Shown piece after piece: positions 42,198-52,393 of a stretch of 64,000 bases of DNA. The translations under genes and the position numbers were made by a program. Every line of letters begins with the position of its first letter. The stretch's first letter is position 1. The notes beneath the pieces are model-generated. The model made no database searches. It was given only the letters and a program-made list of their open reading frames with translations, and had not been told where the DNA came from. This DNA comes from an uncultured Bacteroidota bacterium. Lineage in GTDB: Bacteria; Bacteroidota; Ignavibacteria; UBA10030; UBA6906. Where the stretch lies: assembly GCA_963700635.1 (NCBI GenBank), contig CAVOYH010000001.1:448001-512000 (forward strand). The letters are read 5' to 3'.

Positions 42198-42790
42198 TCA
42201 CCGTTGTGGATTATGGAATGGGGAACCTCAGAAGCGTGCGCCGGGCGTTGCAGCATCTGGGGGCGGAGGTGCTGATTACGTCTGATCCGGCAATGATACG
42301 GAAGGCCTCAGCACTCATTCTGCCGGGTGTAGGGGCGTTTGGCGAGGCAGTCCGGCATATCGATACGCTCGGTCTCCGTGCCCCGATCCTTGATCATGCC
42401 GGGGCAGGGCGTCCGCTCCTGGGCATCTGCCTTGGCATGCAACTTCTGTATCCGGAAAGTGAAGAGTCTCCCGGAGTCCCGGGGCTCGGTCTGTTTCCCG
42501 GACGGGTGGTGAAATTCCGTGGTACATTGCCCGTGCCGCACATAGGATGGAACGATGCAACGCCCATCCGGCCTTCGCCGCTGTTCGAAATGAAGGCGGG
42601 GTGCTACTACTTCGTTCATTCTTTTTATGTTGAGACGGGGGCGGCAACAATCGCGACAACAACGTATGGAGAAACATTCGCCGCGGCCGTCCAATCTGAC
42701 AATGTGCTGGGGGTCCAGTTTCATCCCGAAAAATCACACAATGACGGGCTTGCGATGCTGAAAAAATTCTGTTCGGCGGATTACACGTGA
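42194..42790 (+). CDS. hisH: Imidazole glycerol phosphate synthase, glutaminase subunit
   Basis: DYGMGN, PGVG, GICLGMQ, QFHPEKS. Confidence 0.96.
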   Translation: MITVVDYGMGNLRSVRRALQHLGAEVLITSDPAMIRKASALILPGVGAFGEAVRHIDTLGLRAPILDHAGAGRPLLGICLGMQLLYPESEESPGVPGLGLFPGRVVKFRGTLPVPHIGWNDATPIRPSPLFEMKAGCYYFVHSFYVETGAATIATTTYGETFAAAVQSDNVLGVQFHPEKSHNDGLAMLKKFCSADYT

Positions 42791-43545
42791 ACGGACCACG
42801 CGATCATATGCACATTATCCCCGCGATTGATCTCAAGGGAGGGGCATGTGTCCGGCTGCGCCAGGGAAAAGACGATACGGCAACGCAGTATTCGGCCGAT
42901 CCCGTCCGCGTGGCGGGTGAGTGGTTCGAGCAGGGAGCCCATCGTCTGCATGTCGTGAACCTTGACGGGGCATTCGGTCGCGACTCCGGCCATCTGGACC
43001 TCCTCCGCGCAATGACCGCGCTGCATCCTGCACCGGTGCAGTATGGGGGAGGGTTACGCTCGGTCGCCTCTGTCGAAGAGGCGTTTCAGGCGGGCGCCGC
43101 AAAGGTGGTTCTGGGTACCGTCGCGGTGGAAAACCCCGCCTTGCTCAAGGAAATGATGCAGGTACGCGGACCCGCGCAGTGTGTCATTGCCGTGGATGCG
43201 GTGCAGGGGTACGTGGCCACCAGGGGCTGGACCAGCATCTCTCCCATTGCTGTTGTCGATCTGGTCCGCCGTCTGCTGGATGACGGAATTCGCGAAGTAC
43301 TGTATACCGACGTAGAGCGGGATGGAATGATGACGGGACCGGATGTTACAACCCTCGTTCAGCTTGCCTCAACGGGGATGAAGGTGATCGCATCGGGGGG
43401 AGTGTCATCAGTGGACGATGTGAAGTCTCTGGTTACGCTGAACAACCCCAACATCTCCGGCGTTATTATCGGCAAGGCACTCTACGAGAACCGCGTATCT
43501 CTTCCCGAGCTGGTTACCCTCGTAACCCGATCGGTTGAATCATGA
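42787..43545 (+). CDS. hisA: ProFAR isomerase
   Basis: IIPAIDL, VRLRQG, GGGLR, ASGG, IGKALY. Confidence 0.95.
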   Translation: MNGPRDHMHIIPAIDLKGGACVRLRQGKDDTATQYSADPVRVAGEWFEQGAHRLHVVNLDGAFGRDSGHLDLLRAMTALHPAPVQYGGGLRSVASVEEAFQAGAAKVVLGTVAVENPALLKEMMQVRGPAQCVIAVDAVQGYVATRGWTSISPIAVVDLVRRLLDDGIREVLYTDVERDGMMTGPDVTTLVQLASTGMKVIASGGVSSVDDVKSLVTLNNPNISGVIIGKALYENRVSLPELVTLVTRSVES

Positions 43546-43638
43546 ACACCCAATCCCGATCTCCGAACCCACTCCGGAACCGGATGTCCGACCCGGCCAT
43601 CCGGGAAAATCTCACACACAACCGGTCACAGAAATCCG

Positions 43639-44397
43639 ATGCTCCGTAAACGTATTATTCCCTGCCTCGATGTTCGTAACGGCATCGTCGTCAAGGGTGT
43701 GAATTTTGTCGGACTCCGCGAAATGGGAGATCCGGCTGTTCATGCCCGCTTTTACAACGACGAAGGGGCAGATGAGCTGGTCATACTGGATATCACCGCA
43801 TCGCGGGAAGCACGGGGAAGTTTGCTGCACGTTGTGGAAGCCGTTGCAGACACATTGTTCATACCTCTTACGGTCGGGGGGGGTATACGGACTGCTGATG
43901 ATGTGCGGGATATGCTGAATGCCGGGGCGGATCGTGTGAGTCTTAATACGGCCATGGTGCAACGCCCGGAACTCATCCAGGAATCCGCGGACCGGTTTGG
44001 TTCACAGTGTATCGTAGCGGCTATCGATGCGCGGAAGCGCCCCGACGCGCCGGGTTGGGAGGTATTCATCTACGGCGGCCAAGAAGCAACAGGCCGTGAT
44101 GTACTGGAGTGGGCGTGTGAGGTAGAAGAACGGGGAGCGGGGGAGATCCTGCTGACCAGCATGGACCGGGATGGGACCCAGATCGGGTATGATATCACAC
44201 TGCTGCGCACGCTCACGGCGGCGGTGCACATTCCTGTCATCGCCTCCGGCGGCGCGGGTACCCCCGAACACTTCGCCGAAGGCCTCCGGGCGGGCGGCGC
44301 CAGCGCGGTACTCGCCGCCTCGTTATTCCATACGCGCGCTCTGACCATCCCCCATCTTAAATCATATCTGCATAGCCTGGGAGTACCCATTCGATGA
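43639..44397 (+). CDS. hisF: Imidazole glycerol phosphate synthase, cyclase subunit
   Basis: [26 protein letters not shown]. Confidence 0.96.
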   Translation: MLRKRIIPCLDVRNGIVVKGVNFVGLREMGDPAVHARFYNDEGADELVILDITASREARGSLLHVVEAVADTLFIPLTVGGGIRTADDVRDMLNAGADRVSLNTAMVQRPELIQESADRFGSQCIVAAIDARKRPDAPGWEVFIYGGQEATGRDVLEWACEVEERGAGEILLTSMDRDGTQIGYDITLLRTLTAAVHIPVIASGGAGTPEHFAEGLRAGGASAVLAASLFHTRALTIPHLKSYLHSLGVPIR

Positions 44398-45056
44398 AAT
44401 CTGCTGGATTTCGCTTCGATGACGCCGGACTCATTCCGGCTGTCGTGCAGGACGTACAAAGCGGCGCCGTGCTGACGGTCGCCTACATGAACAGGGAGAG
44501 CCTGCAGCAGACGCTGGATACCGGCCAGACAGTGTTCTGGAGCCGGAGCAGGCGTGAACTCTGGCAGAAAGGTGCGACATCGGGGAACACGCAGCGTGTG
44601 GTGTCCATCAGTCAGGACTGTGATGCCGACGCCCTGCTCGTAAGGGTGGAGCAAACCGGTGTTGCGTGCCATACCGGAGAATATTCATGCTTCCACACGC
44701 CGGTGTTTACCGACAAGGACCAGCCCGGCACTCTGCCGTTGGGAGAAGTTCTTGGCGCTGTTGCGCGGGTGATCCGTACGCGTAATCGCGAGCGGCCGGA
44801 GGGATCCTATACGACAAAGTTGCTTTCGGCCGGACTGGACAAGGTGTTGAAGAAGATTGGTGAGGAGGCCGGGGAGGTGATTATCGCCGCAAAGAACCAC
44901 GCTCCGGCGGAGATTACCTGGGAGGTGGCAGATCTGCTCTATCATACGCTCGTGATGATGGAACTGGAAGGGATCGGCCTTGAGGATGTCGCGGCAGTGC
45001 TCGACCGGAGGCGTGGCGAAACTCCGGAGAAATCCCGGCCCACTACTTCCGGGTGA
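44394..45056 (+). CDS. hisIE: Bifunctional PR-AMP cyclohydrolase / PR-ATP pyrophosphatase
   Basis: WSRSR, KGATSGN, DCDAD, CHTG; [14 protein letters not shown]. Confidence 0.95.
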   Translation: MKSAGFRFDDAGLIPAVVQDVQSGAVLTVAYMNRESLQQTLDTGQTVFWSRSRRELWQKGATSGNTQRVVSISQDCDADALLVRVEQTGVACHTGEYSCFHTPVFTDKDQPGTLPLGEVLGAVARVIRTRNRERPEGSYTTKLLSAGLDKVLKKIGEEAGEVIIAAKNHAPAEITWEVADLLYHTLVMMELEGIGLEDVAAVLDRRRGETPEKSRPTTSG

Positions 45057-46143
45057 TCGGACCGGTCACGACAAACCGGGCCAGCGCGGCCCGGTTGCCG
45101 TTTATGATAATCTCGACCGTGTGCCTGCCCGGATGGTGCTTCCGGGTTGACAGGTCGGCGAACGCATGACGTTTGGTGATCGTATGGGACCCGGGCGTAA
45201 AACGTTTTTCAGAGAGTTGAAAAACCTTCCGGGATTCCCGCCCTCCGGGTCGTGCAAACGTGATGCCGTATTCCAGCCGGACTGTCTGCGTGCTCTTTCC
45301 TCCTATCTGCAGAACAAAACTCATTACCAGTGCTCCTCCGATGCGTATGCTGGCAGGTGAGAGTCGCAGGTTTTTGATTGCCGCTTTCGCCGCCGGAAAA
45401 AATCCGAACAGTCGCATGGCCTGACTGTTTCCGGACCGGAGCAGTCCGCGGCATGCATGTTTGAGAAGTTTGTCGGTGTTCGGAGAGACTCCGATCCAGC
45501 GTTTGCACAGGGCGATCACGGTCTGTGGATGGTCCTTTGCTATGTCGTTCAGATTGTTTGCGACGCTCCGGCGAACGGTTTCGGACTCATCATTTTTTAA
45601 TTTTTCCAGAAGCGGAAGAATTGGCGACGGATCCCTTTTGAATGCCGGCAGGCCCATAGCCCATGGTAACCGGGGCCGGCTCCCTTCACTGGCAAGACGG
45701 CGGACCCGGGGATCGGGGTCGTCAGCCCACCGCAGCAAATAAGGAATTGTCCGCTCAGGGTCACGATCCAGAAATGGGCGGATTGCAAATTCCGAACTGC
45801 CAAATTGCGTAAAATAGCCGAGCGCGGGAAGCGATCGATCCGGGTCTTCCTGACCGTAAAGCTCTACAAAGTCCGGACAGACCATCACCTCAAAGCCGTG
45901 CACGGAAGGGATAGACCGCTTAAGTATCTCCAGCGCGTCGCCATAATGCTGTGGCAACGTAGCACCGAGCGACCGTGTGATGTGGTGCATGCGATTTTTG
46001 AGTTCAAGTCCGCTCCAGGTTTGATCAAAGACGAGTGCGACGAACCGATCCGCATCGAATGCCGGGTAGACGTCCTTGATCGCCGAGGCAAATCGCAGGA
46101 TGGAATCGCGTGTGAGAAACTGGTCTTTTAACCGGTCGGCCAT
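45043..46143 (-). CDS. DNA alkylation repair protein (AlkC-like)
   Basis: [37 protein letters not shown], Ig-like C-terminus. Confidence 0.85.
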   Translation of the reverse strand: MADRLKDQFLTRDSILRFASAIKDVYPAFDADRFVALVFDQTWSGLELKNRMHHITRSLGATLPQHYGDALEILKRSIPSVHGFEVMVCPDFVELYGQEDPDRSLPALGYFTQFGSSEFAIRPFLDRDPERTIPYLLRWADDPDPRVRRLASEGSRPRLPWAMGLPAFKRDPSPILPLLEKLKNDESETVRRSVANNLNDIAKDHPQTVIALCKRWIGVSPNTDKLLKHACRGLLRSGNSQAMRLFGFFPAAKAAIKNLRLSPASIRIGGALVMSFVLQIGGKSTQTVRLEYGITFARPGGRESRKVFQLSEKRFTPGSHTITKRHAFADLSTRKHHPGRHTVEIIINGNRAALARFVVTGPITRK

Positions 46144-46153
46144 GATGCGGGCT

Positions 46154-47017
46154 TCAGTGTGATTGAGAGAGGGATCCGTCCAGATGGCGCAGGAAGGAGA
46201 TCCCGTCACGGATGAAGGCGGGGCCGTCCGGGCACACATTGTGGAACATCCCGCGCTCCATGGCAAAATCTCCGATGCCGGAATTGTATCCTTCAAGACC
46301 TACATACCCCGTAAACCCGATTGAATGGAGCGTGCGAAAGATATCCTCCCACGGGATGAGCCCACCCCCCGGTTTTCCCCTGTCGTTCTCGCATGCGTGG
46401 AGGGCAAAAAGGCGGGGTGCGACACGCCGGAGCGCTGCAGGGTAGTCGCGCACTTCGGTGACCAGATGGTATGTGTCAAAGAGTACACGCAGAGCCGGGT
46501 GATCGGCGAGCTGGATGAGATGCATGATCTGGTCGGGAGTGTTCACCATGTGTGACCGGAAATGACTCATGGGCTCGAGGGCGAGCAGCACGTTCCGCTC
46601 GGCTGCGTATTCGGCGAGCGCGTGCAGCCCTTCGGCAGTCCGGGGGTACTCGTCGGCTGGCGGCCGGCGCCGCTTGACCACACCGGGATGACCGTATGTC
46701 GCGCCTGCATACGCCACGGCTCCCAATTCGGCGGTCAGGTCGACAATGCGCTTATGCCATTCCAGGCCGCGCGCGCGATCGGCTGCCGAATCAGCGGAGA
46801 GATCACACTGGACGGGCCACTCTCCTCCCGGTCCCACGAGGAGATCCAGGCCGAGTTCCCGGGCATGCCGGCCGGTTGCCCGGGCATCAAAGAAGACATC
46901 GTCTCCCACGGAAAGTTCAAACATGTCCAGCCCGAGTGCACGCGCCGTATCAAGATGGTGGAGCTGGTCGTCGGCCCAGCGGGGAGTGAGGAGGTAACAG
47001 TGTGCGCCGTAGAGCAT
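46154..47017 (-). CDS. Sugar phosphate isomerase/epimerase (ketose 3-epimerase-like TIM barrel)
   Basis: ALEPMSHF, DTYH, HACENDRG, LEG. Confidence 0.8.
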   Translation of the reverse strand: MLYGAHCYLLTPRWADDQLHHLDTARALGLDMFELSVGDDVFFDARATGRHARELGLDLLVGPGGEWPVQCDLSADSAADRARGLEWHKRIVDLTAELGAVAYAGATYGHPGVVKRRRPPADEYPRTAEGLHALAEYAAERNVLLALEPMSHFRSHMVNTPDQIMHLIQLADHPALRVLFDTYHLVTEVRDYPAALRRVAPRLFALHACENDRGKPGGGLIPWEDIFRTLHSIGFTGYVGLEGYNSGIGDFAMERGMFHNVCPDGPAFIRDGISFLRHLDGSLSQSH

Positions 47018-47027
47018 GATTCCTGCG

Positions 47028-50000
47028 TCAGTAAGTGATAAGAAGAGTTACAATACTGTTCCGTTGTACGTCGAGGATGATGCGGTTTCCCTTAAAGGGG
47101 ACCGCCTCGCCCTCTTCCTCCAGAAAGTTCGAGCGTCGCACAAGCCGGGGAGTGGCCGGCAGCAGAAGCTCGGCCTGCGCGTCAATACCCTCGGCTTCAT
47201 ACAACTGATACGTCCAGGTGCCACCCGACTCCGATTGTTTGATGGTCGTGAGAATAAGATTGGAAGGCAGGAGAGTCCCGAAGGATGACGATAACGGGAG
47301 TACGCCGGTGTGACGGGAGGTCAGGGTGGTGATCAGGGGAGTGTTGTACTCATACCCCTTCTGCACGGTATTGGCATCCTGCCATGATCCACGATGCGGG
47401 TAGAGCGCGTAGTGGATCACATGTTTTCCCCGGTCCGCCGTCGGGTCGGGCCATTTCGGCGATCGCAACAGCGAAAGCCGCATAACGTTTCCTTTTATGT
47501 CGTATCCGTACTTGGACGTATTAAGCAGGCTGATTCCATAGTCGGGTGAAGACAGATCCGCCCACCGGAGGGCAGGGACTTCTTTTTTGGCGCGGTCAAA
47601 ACTTGTCACCGATTGCGTAGAGCGCCGGATCGAGCCGTACGGGATCTCGTACGTAGCCGCGGTGTCGGAGGTTGTAACGGGGAAGGCGACTTTGAGCATG
47701 GTGCGTTCCTCCCACCAGTCCACATCCGTCCGGAATTCCACAATGTCTTTTCCTGCAGTCAGAAAAACTTCCTGCGTGAAAAACGAACTCGGAAATCCCT
47801 CAGCCGGATAGTCGCGTTTGAACGACGGCCCCAGCATATCACGCCTGACCCGCAGAGAAATGCGGAGAGGGCCCCGCTCGCCGATCTCCACCGAGCGTAG
47901 TGTGGTCGGATAGACTGTTCCGGTCCATCCGATATTCCATGCGTCCCACGCCTTGGGTTTGTCTTCCAGAAGCTGGAGCTGATTGCCGTATCCGGCGAGC
48001 ACCTCTTTTCCCAGACGCTTATCCACGATGCTCTTAATCCAGCCGGAATCAGGATCGAGAGTGACTCTGAAAAATTCATTTTCCAGAGCTGACGGTGTCT
48101 GGGTCAGCCGGGTGGAAACGGATGCGCCCGGGGACGTCCTGAGTGTAAATGTACGGTACCCGAGGGGTGGTATACGTTTTGCCTCAAAGAGGAGCTTCCG
48201 GTTGTATGGTCCGGCTGTAACAATTTGAGAGGTCACCTCCACAGGTCCATCCATGACCGAGTATTCCTGCGTATCTCCTTCGGGCAGATCGACGACGGCG
48301 ATCTCTGACCGCTCCCAGGAAAGCGGATTATACACGATAAGCGGAGTTCCGCGGGTGATGGCTGTTGTTGTGATTTTATTGCTCAACGCAGAAAGTGCGT
48401 GGTGCAGGGCGACCCGGCTGGCCTGTTCCGTCTCAGCGTACCGCTCTGCTGCATCGACAAAGACTTCGCGGATGCTGGAACCGGGGAGGATGTCGTGAAA
48501 CTGATTAAACAGGAGATTTTCCCAGGCTTTGCGGAGGTCAGGATAGGGTGCGCCATAGCGTGCGGCAAACGAAGCAAACTTCTCCGCCGTGGTAAGCTGT
48601 ATTTCGCTCCGGCGGTTGGATTCTTTGGTTTTTGCCTGAGTCGTGAATGTCCCGCGGTGATACTCCAGATACAACTCATCGCGCCATACGGGGAAGAGCT
48701 CGGGGTTCTGCTCGCGGAGAAACGTAATATAGGACTCCGCCGTGGCAAAACGGACCTGCGGGTAGATATCAAGACCCTGCAGATAGTCCACGCGCGCGAG
48801 CATATCAGGCGTAGGTCCACCACCGTGGTCACCGACGCCGAAAAGGACCATCATGTGGGTAAGGCCGGTGTTGGCCTCAAACTGCCGAAGCCAGTCAACA
48901 AGCTGGAACGAGTCCGAAAGATCGTTGACATAGCTGAAGGGGAAATAGACAAGCACACGGGACCCGTCCGGGCCTTCCCACCAGAACACTCTGTGCGGAA
49001 AGACGTTCGTGTCATTCCAGCTGATTTTTTGGGTGATAAACGCATCGATCCCGGCATGCTGAAAAAACTGCGGCATATTCCAGGTATAGCCGAATGAATC
49101 GGGATTCCAGCCAAGGCGCGGCATAAAGCCGAATGTCTTTTTGAAATACGTCTGGGCATACAGGAAATGCCGCATCCAGGCTTCCCCTGCGGGGAGGTTA
49201 CAATCGGGTTCGACCCACATCCCTCCGGTGATCTCCCACCGTTTGTCCTTTACACGCTCGCGGATACGTTTGAACACATCAGGGTGATCCTTCTCCATCC
49301 ATTCGTAGTACTGGGCAGCACTCTGTGAGTATGTAAAATCCGGCCGCGCGTCCATCATGTTGAGAACAGACGTAAAGGTATTTTTGGCGACGAGTTTTGT
49401 TTCCCCCTCACGCCATAACCAGGCCGCGTCAATATGGGCGTTTGAGGTGAATGTGAGCGTGAACCGTTTGGCGAACGCCGCAATGGGTGCCAGCCGGAGA
49501 CGCATCGATTCGAGAGACGCCAGCAGCGGTTCTATCTCGCCCCGTTGTACCGACTGGTAATCGACGGCTGAGGTAATCTCTTGTAGGAGTGTATTCAACT
49601 CCAGCCGCTCGGAACGCGGGACAAACGTCTTGTCAATGCCAGGATCTTCCTTCTGACCGGAGTAGGCATTCTCCTGGTAGGTATCGAGACTGAGCAACCG
49701 CTGTCCGACGGTAATGCTGAGGGCAAAATCTTTCATGGTCTTCCGTATTTCCCGGGTGGACTCCATGTCCAGTTCTGCCCGGACCAGGCGGAGGGGTCCT
49801 CCGGTATTGACCGCACGGATTGCAACAAGAAAACGGTCACCCGGTCTGGCATTTTCCGTCAACACAAAGGCGCCGTCCCACAGGAACTTCCCCCGGGACT
49901 CACCGTTCACCCACAGGGAACCGTAGTCATCCACGGTCAATAGGAGGCGCACCGGCCCGCGCACGGGGGTACCCAGAATCCGGTCCGGAAGAATAATCTC

Positions 50001-50255
50001 CCTGCGAAGCCAGCACGAGTCAGGATACACGGATTTCCCGAGTGTAAGCATTTCCCATGTCCCGTCGTTGAAATCAGAAGCCGCAGGCGCAAGACCATCA
50101 ATCCGGGCATTCTTGAGATCCGGGCTCATCCGCCATTGATCAAAGGACACGGTGGAGAGTGAATCAAGCGTGTGGACCAGTCTCTCGACAGGGGACAGTG
50201 CCAGTGATTGTGAAATCAAGAGCAGTGTCGGGACAAGGAGCAGCACCGGTTTCAT
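47028..50255 (-). CDS. Exported alpha-mannosidase (GH38)
   Basis: NAHIDAAWLW, WNPDSFGY, GVGDHGGGP, LYLEYHRG, NQFHDILPGS; signal peptide from ATG 50255. Confidence 0.92.
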   Translation of the reverse strand: MKPVLLLVPTLLLISQSLALSPVERLVHTLDSLSTVSFDQWRMSPDLKNARIDGLAPAASDFNDGTWEMLTLGKSVYPDSCWLRREIILPDRILGTPVRGPVRLLLTVDDYGSLWVNGESRGKFLWDGAFVLTENARPGDRFLVAIRAVNTGGPLRLVRAELDMESTREIRKTMKDFALSITVGQRLLSLDTYQENAYSGQKEDPGIDKTFVPRSERLELNTLLQEITSAVDYQSVQRGEIEPLLASLESMRLRLAPIAAFAKRFTLTFTSNAHIDAAWLWREGETKLVAKNTFTSVLNMMDARPDFTYSQSAAQYYEWMEKDHPDVFKRIRERVKDKRWEITGGMWVEPDCNLPAGEAWMRHFLYAQTYFKKTFGFMPRLGWNPDSFGYTWNMPQFFQHAGIDAFITQKISWNDTNVFPHRVFWWEGPDGSRVLVYFPFSYVNDLSDSFQLVDWLRQFEANTGLTHMMVLFGVGDHGGGPTPDMLARVDYLQGLDIYPQVRFATAESYITFLREQNPELFPVWRDELYLEYHRGTFTTQAKTKESNRRSEIQLTTAEKFASFAARYGAPYPDLRKAWENLLFNQFHDILPGSSIREVFVDAAERYAETEQASRVALHHALSALSNKITTTAITRGTPLIVYNPLSWERSEIAVVDLPEGDTQEYSVMDGPVEVTSQIVTAGPYNRKLLFEAKRIPPLGYRTFTLRTSPGASVSTRLTQTPSALENEFFRVTLDPDSGWIKSIVDKRLGKEVLAGYGNQLQLLEDKPKAWDAWNIGWTGTVYPTTLRSVEIGERGPLRISLRVRRDMLGPSFKRDYPAEGFPSSFFTQEVFLTAGKDIVEFRTDVDWWEERTMLKVAFPVTTSDTAATYEIPYGSIRRSTQSVTSFDRAKKEVPALRWADLSSPDYGISLLNTSKYGYDIKGNVMRLSLLRSPKWPDPTADRGKHVIHYALYPHRGSWQDANTVQKGYEYNTPLITTLTSRHTGVLPLSSSFGTLLPSNLILTTIKQSESGGTWTYQLYEAEGIDAQAELLLPATPRLVRRSNFLEEEGEAVPFKGNRIILDVQRNSIVTLLITY

Positions 50256-50357
50256 GGAATCCTCGCGTGCAGGTGGGGAGCATAAATCATGTTGAAGATA
50301 GGGAAGCAGGACCCCAAATGCCACCCGGGAGGATCAAAGGCTCTCGCGGCGTATTTC

Positions 50358-50396
50358 TGTGGGATTTGCCTACAGGGGGTGTTGGGATTCCCCCCA
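50358..50396 (+). promoter_or_regulatory. Putative tandem enhancer (UAS) sites for a sigma54 activator
   Basis: TGTGGGATTTGCCTACA and TGTTGGGATTCCCCCCA, 22 bp apart, about 90-125 bp upstream of the -24/-12 element. Confidence 0.55.
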
Positions 50397-50481
50397 CCTT
50401 TCGAGTGCTGGGAACTGGTCAGCACAATGAGATTCACCGTAACTCGTTATGGAATAACGTTTATCAATATACCCTGTGTCC

Positions 50482-50497
50482 GGGCACGGAGCTTGCA
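50482..50497 (+). promoter_or_regulatory. sigma54 (-24/-12) promoter
   Basis: GGGCACGGAGCTTGCA = GG-N10-GC, close to TGGCACG-N4-TTGC(A/T). Confidence 0.75.
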
Positions 50498-50551
50498 GTG
50501 TTGAGCCAGGAAGGGTCGAAATCTTTTTCACATTTCTGGAAAGGAACTCCA

Positions 50552-50785
50552 ATGTTCGAATTGTCGGATCCCCGCACATGGCAGATCATCACCAACCTGC
50601 TGCTCGTAACTGTCGCCCTTGTGGCTGCGACGTACATCGGCATCGGTGTGTACAAACAATCCCGTGCGAAGTCACGACGGGTATTTCACGCCCATCCGGA
50701 CCATGACACGCACACGCTGATCCTCCCCGACCTCGGCATTACCATGGCCGATGGTGGTGAAAAGCTTGACGATAAAAAATCATGA
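50552..50785 (+). CDS. 77-aa single-TM protein with C-terminal GITMADGG motif
   Basis: AAGGA RBS, TM helix, basic patch; motif shared with two downstream proteins. Confidence 0.8.
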   Translation: MFELSDPRTWQIITNLLLVTVALVAATYIGIGVYKQSRAKSRRVFHAHPDHDTHTLILPDLGITMADGGEKLDDKKS

Positions 50786-50819
50786 ACTCCTATACCGGCG
50801 TCCAGTAGAGGCGATCACC

Positions 50820-51794
50820 ATGCGATGTCCATTTCTGCGGGAAGTACGAGTCAAATCCTGCCGCGCCTCGAGCTGCCGAAAGATGATAGCTCAGGTGTCG
50901 GGTCAGCCTGCAATGGAACGATGTGTCACTCCGGCGTATCTGGAATGTCCGGAGGCGAAGCCCCTTCTCGAAAAGAACGTCACGCTCGACCGGTGTCCGT
51001 ACCTTCATGAGTCCCTCATGCAGTATTGTAGCGCGGCGTCCCAGACAAAATATATTCCGTACAGCGAAGCAATCCTGTCCCAGTGTGGTACGGATAGCCA
51101 CCGTTACTGTTATCTCTTCCTGGCATTCGCACAACCCGACCGCCATAAGGAAATCTCAGCTGTGGACACCGTTCACCCGGAATTGTCCACACCCGGAAGG
51201 GAAGTTGATGTGGATGGGATTGGTGTGCGAACGGATCTTCTGTACACTCCGAACCATATGTGGGCGGATATAGGCGAGGACAATACGGTGCATGTCGGCA
51301 TAGATGCGCTGCTGGCGGGACTGCTCGGAGACGCGGACCAAATTACGTTTGTTACGGTGCGGGGAAAACAACGGCCGACCGTGGTGTTCAGCGTGAATGG
51401 AACCGACCTGCCGGTGATGTTTCCCTACAAAATGTCCATCACTGCAGTGAACACATCCCTGCGCGCACATCCCTCAGACCTGTTCGCGGATCCATATACC
51501 CATGGCTGGCTGTTCGAGGGGACCGAGCTGGAAGTGCCGGCGTCTTCGGAAGAGACGCCAGGACACCCCCTCTTGCTTCCCGGATCCAGGGCGCCGGTGT
51601 GGATGCGCAATGAACTCCGGCACGTTGCGAAAGTGGTTCATGAACTGTCCCATGCGTCTGACAGTTCAGGCGTGGTTCTTATGGCTGATGGTGGCAATCC
51701 GCAACCCGGCGTCGCACAACACCTGAAACGGAACGAACTGTTGCATCTGTTCAACGATATGTTCTCGCCTCTGGCGGGATGGAGGAATGTGTAG
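50820..51794 (+). CDS. GcvH-like protein with duplicated N-terminal Cys4 module, no lipoyl-Lys
   Basis: LLYTPNHMW...VHVGID...AVN...DPYTHGWL (H-protein fold); LMADGG near C-terminus. Confidence 0.8.
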   Translation: MRCPFLREVRVKSCRASSCRKMIAQVSGQPAMERCVTPAYLECPEAKPLLEKNVTLDRCPYLHESLMQYCSAASQTKYIPYSEAILSQCGTDSHRYCYLFLAFAQPDRHKEISAVDTVHPELSTPGREVDVDGIGVRTDLLYTPNHMWADIGEDNTVHVGIDALLAGLLGDADQITFVTVRGKQRPTVVFSVNGTDLPVMFPYKMSITAVNTSLRAHPSDLFADPYTHGWLFEGTELEVPASSEETPGHPLLLPGSRAPVWMRNELRHVAKVVHELSHASDSSGVVLMADGGNPQPGVAQHLKRNELLHLFNDMFSPLAGWRNV

Positions 51795-52381
51795 TGAAAC
51801 AGCGAGGTGTTATAGTATTTCTCGCAGGAGTGGTCGCGTCGCTTGCGCTGGGCTGGTTCGTTTTTCCGATGGCCCTGTACCGTACCGAACTCCAGCCTAT
51901 CGGGTTCAACCACGTGGTCCATACGGGGGAACAGAACGGGATGACGTGTGACATGTGCCATGAGTTCACCGAAGAAGGTAGATTCACGGGCATTCCCCGC
52001 ACGGCAAAATGCGCGGAGTGTCACAGCACAGCGCTCGGAACGACGGAGATCGAGAAGCAACTTATCGAAGAATTTATCACCCCGGAGAAGGAGATTCCCT
52101 GGAAAGTATATTCCCGGCAGCCGGACAATGCCCATTTTTCGCATGCAAGCCATGTGACCCGGGCAGAGGTGCCGTGCGAGGAATGCCACGGCCCGCACGG
52201 CGCCAGTGCCGAATTGCCTCCCTACCAGCGTAACCGAATCACCGGGTACAGCAGGGATATCTGGGGGAGGAATATCTCCGGCATTCCGTCAGAACCATGG
52301 CAGGGAATGAAAATGGATCGTTGCGTGCGGTGCCATGCCGATCGTAACAGAGTGGATGGTTGTGTTGCCTGTCACAAGTAA
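51794..52381 (+). CDS. qrcA: Membrane-anchored pentaheme cytochrome c, QrcA-like
   Basis: Five CxxCH; GWFVFP...QPIGFNH, YSRQPDN, GYSRDIWG; GTG after GGAGG. Confidence 0.8.
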   Translation: MKQRGVIVFLAGVVASLALGWFVFPMALYRTELQPIGFNHVVHTGEQNGMTCDMCHEFTEEGRFTGIPRTAKCAECHSTALGTTEIEKQLIEEFITPEKEIPWKVYSRQPDNAHFSHASHVTRAEVPCEECHGPHGASAELPPYQRNRITGYSRDIWGRNISGIPSEPWQGMKMDRCVRCHADRNRVDGCVACHK

Positions 52382-52393
52382 TCGAAAGACACA

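Noticed and set aside
50159-50551. 208-aa ORF as listed
   Set aside because: Its upstream part covers the GH38 start and sigma54 promoter; only 50552-50785 is credible
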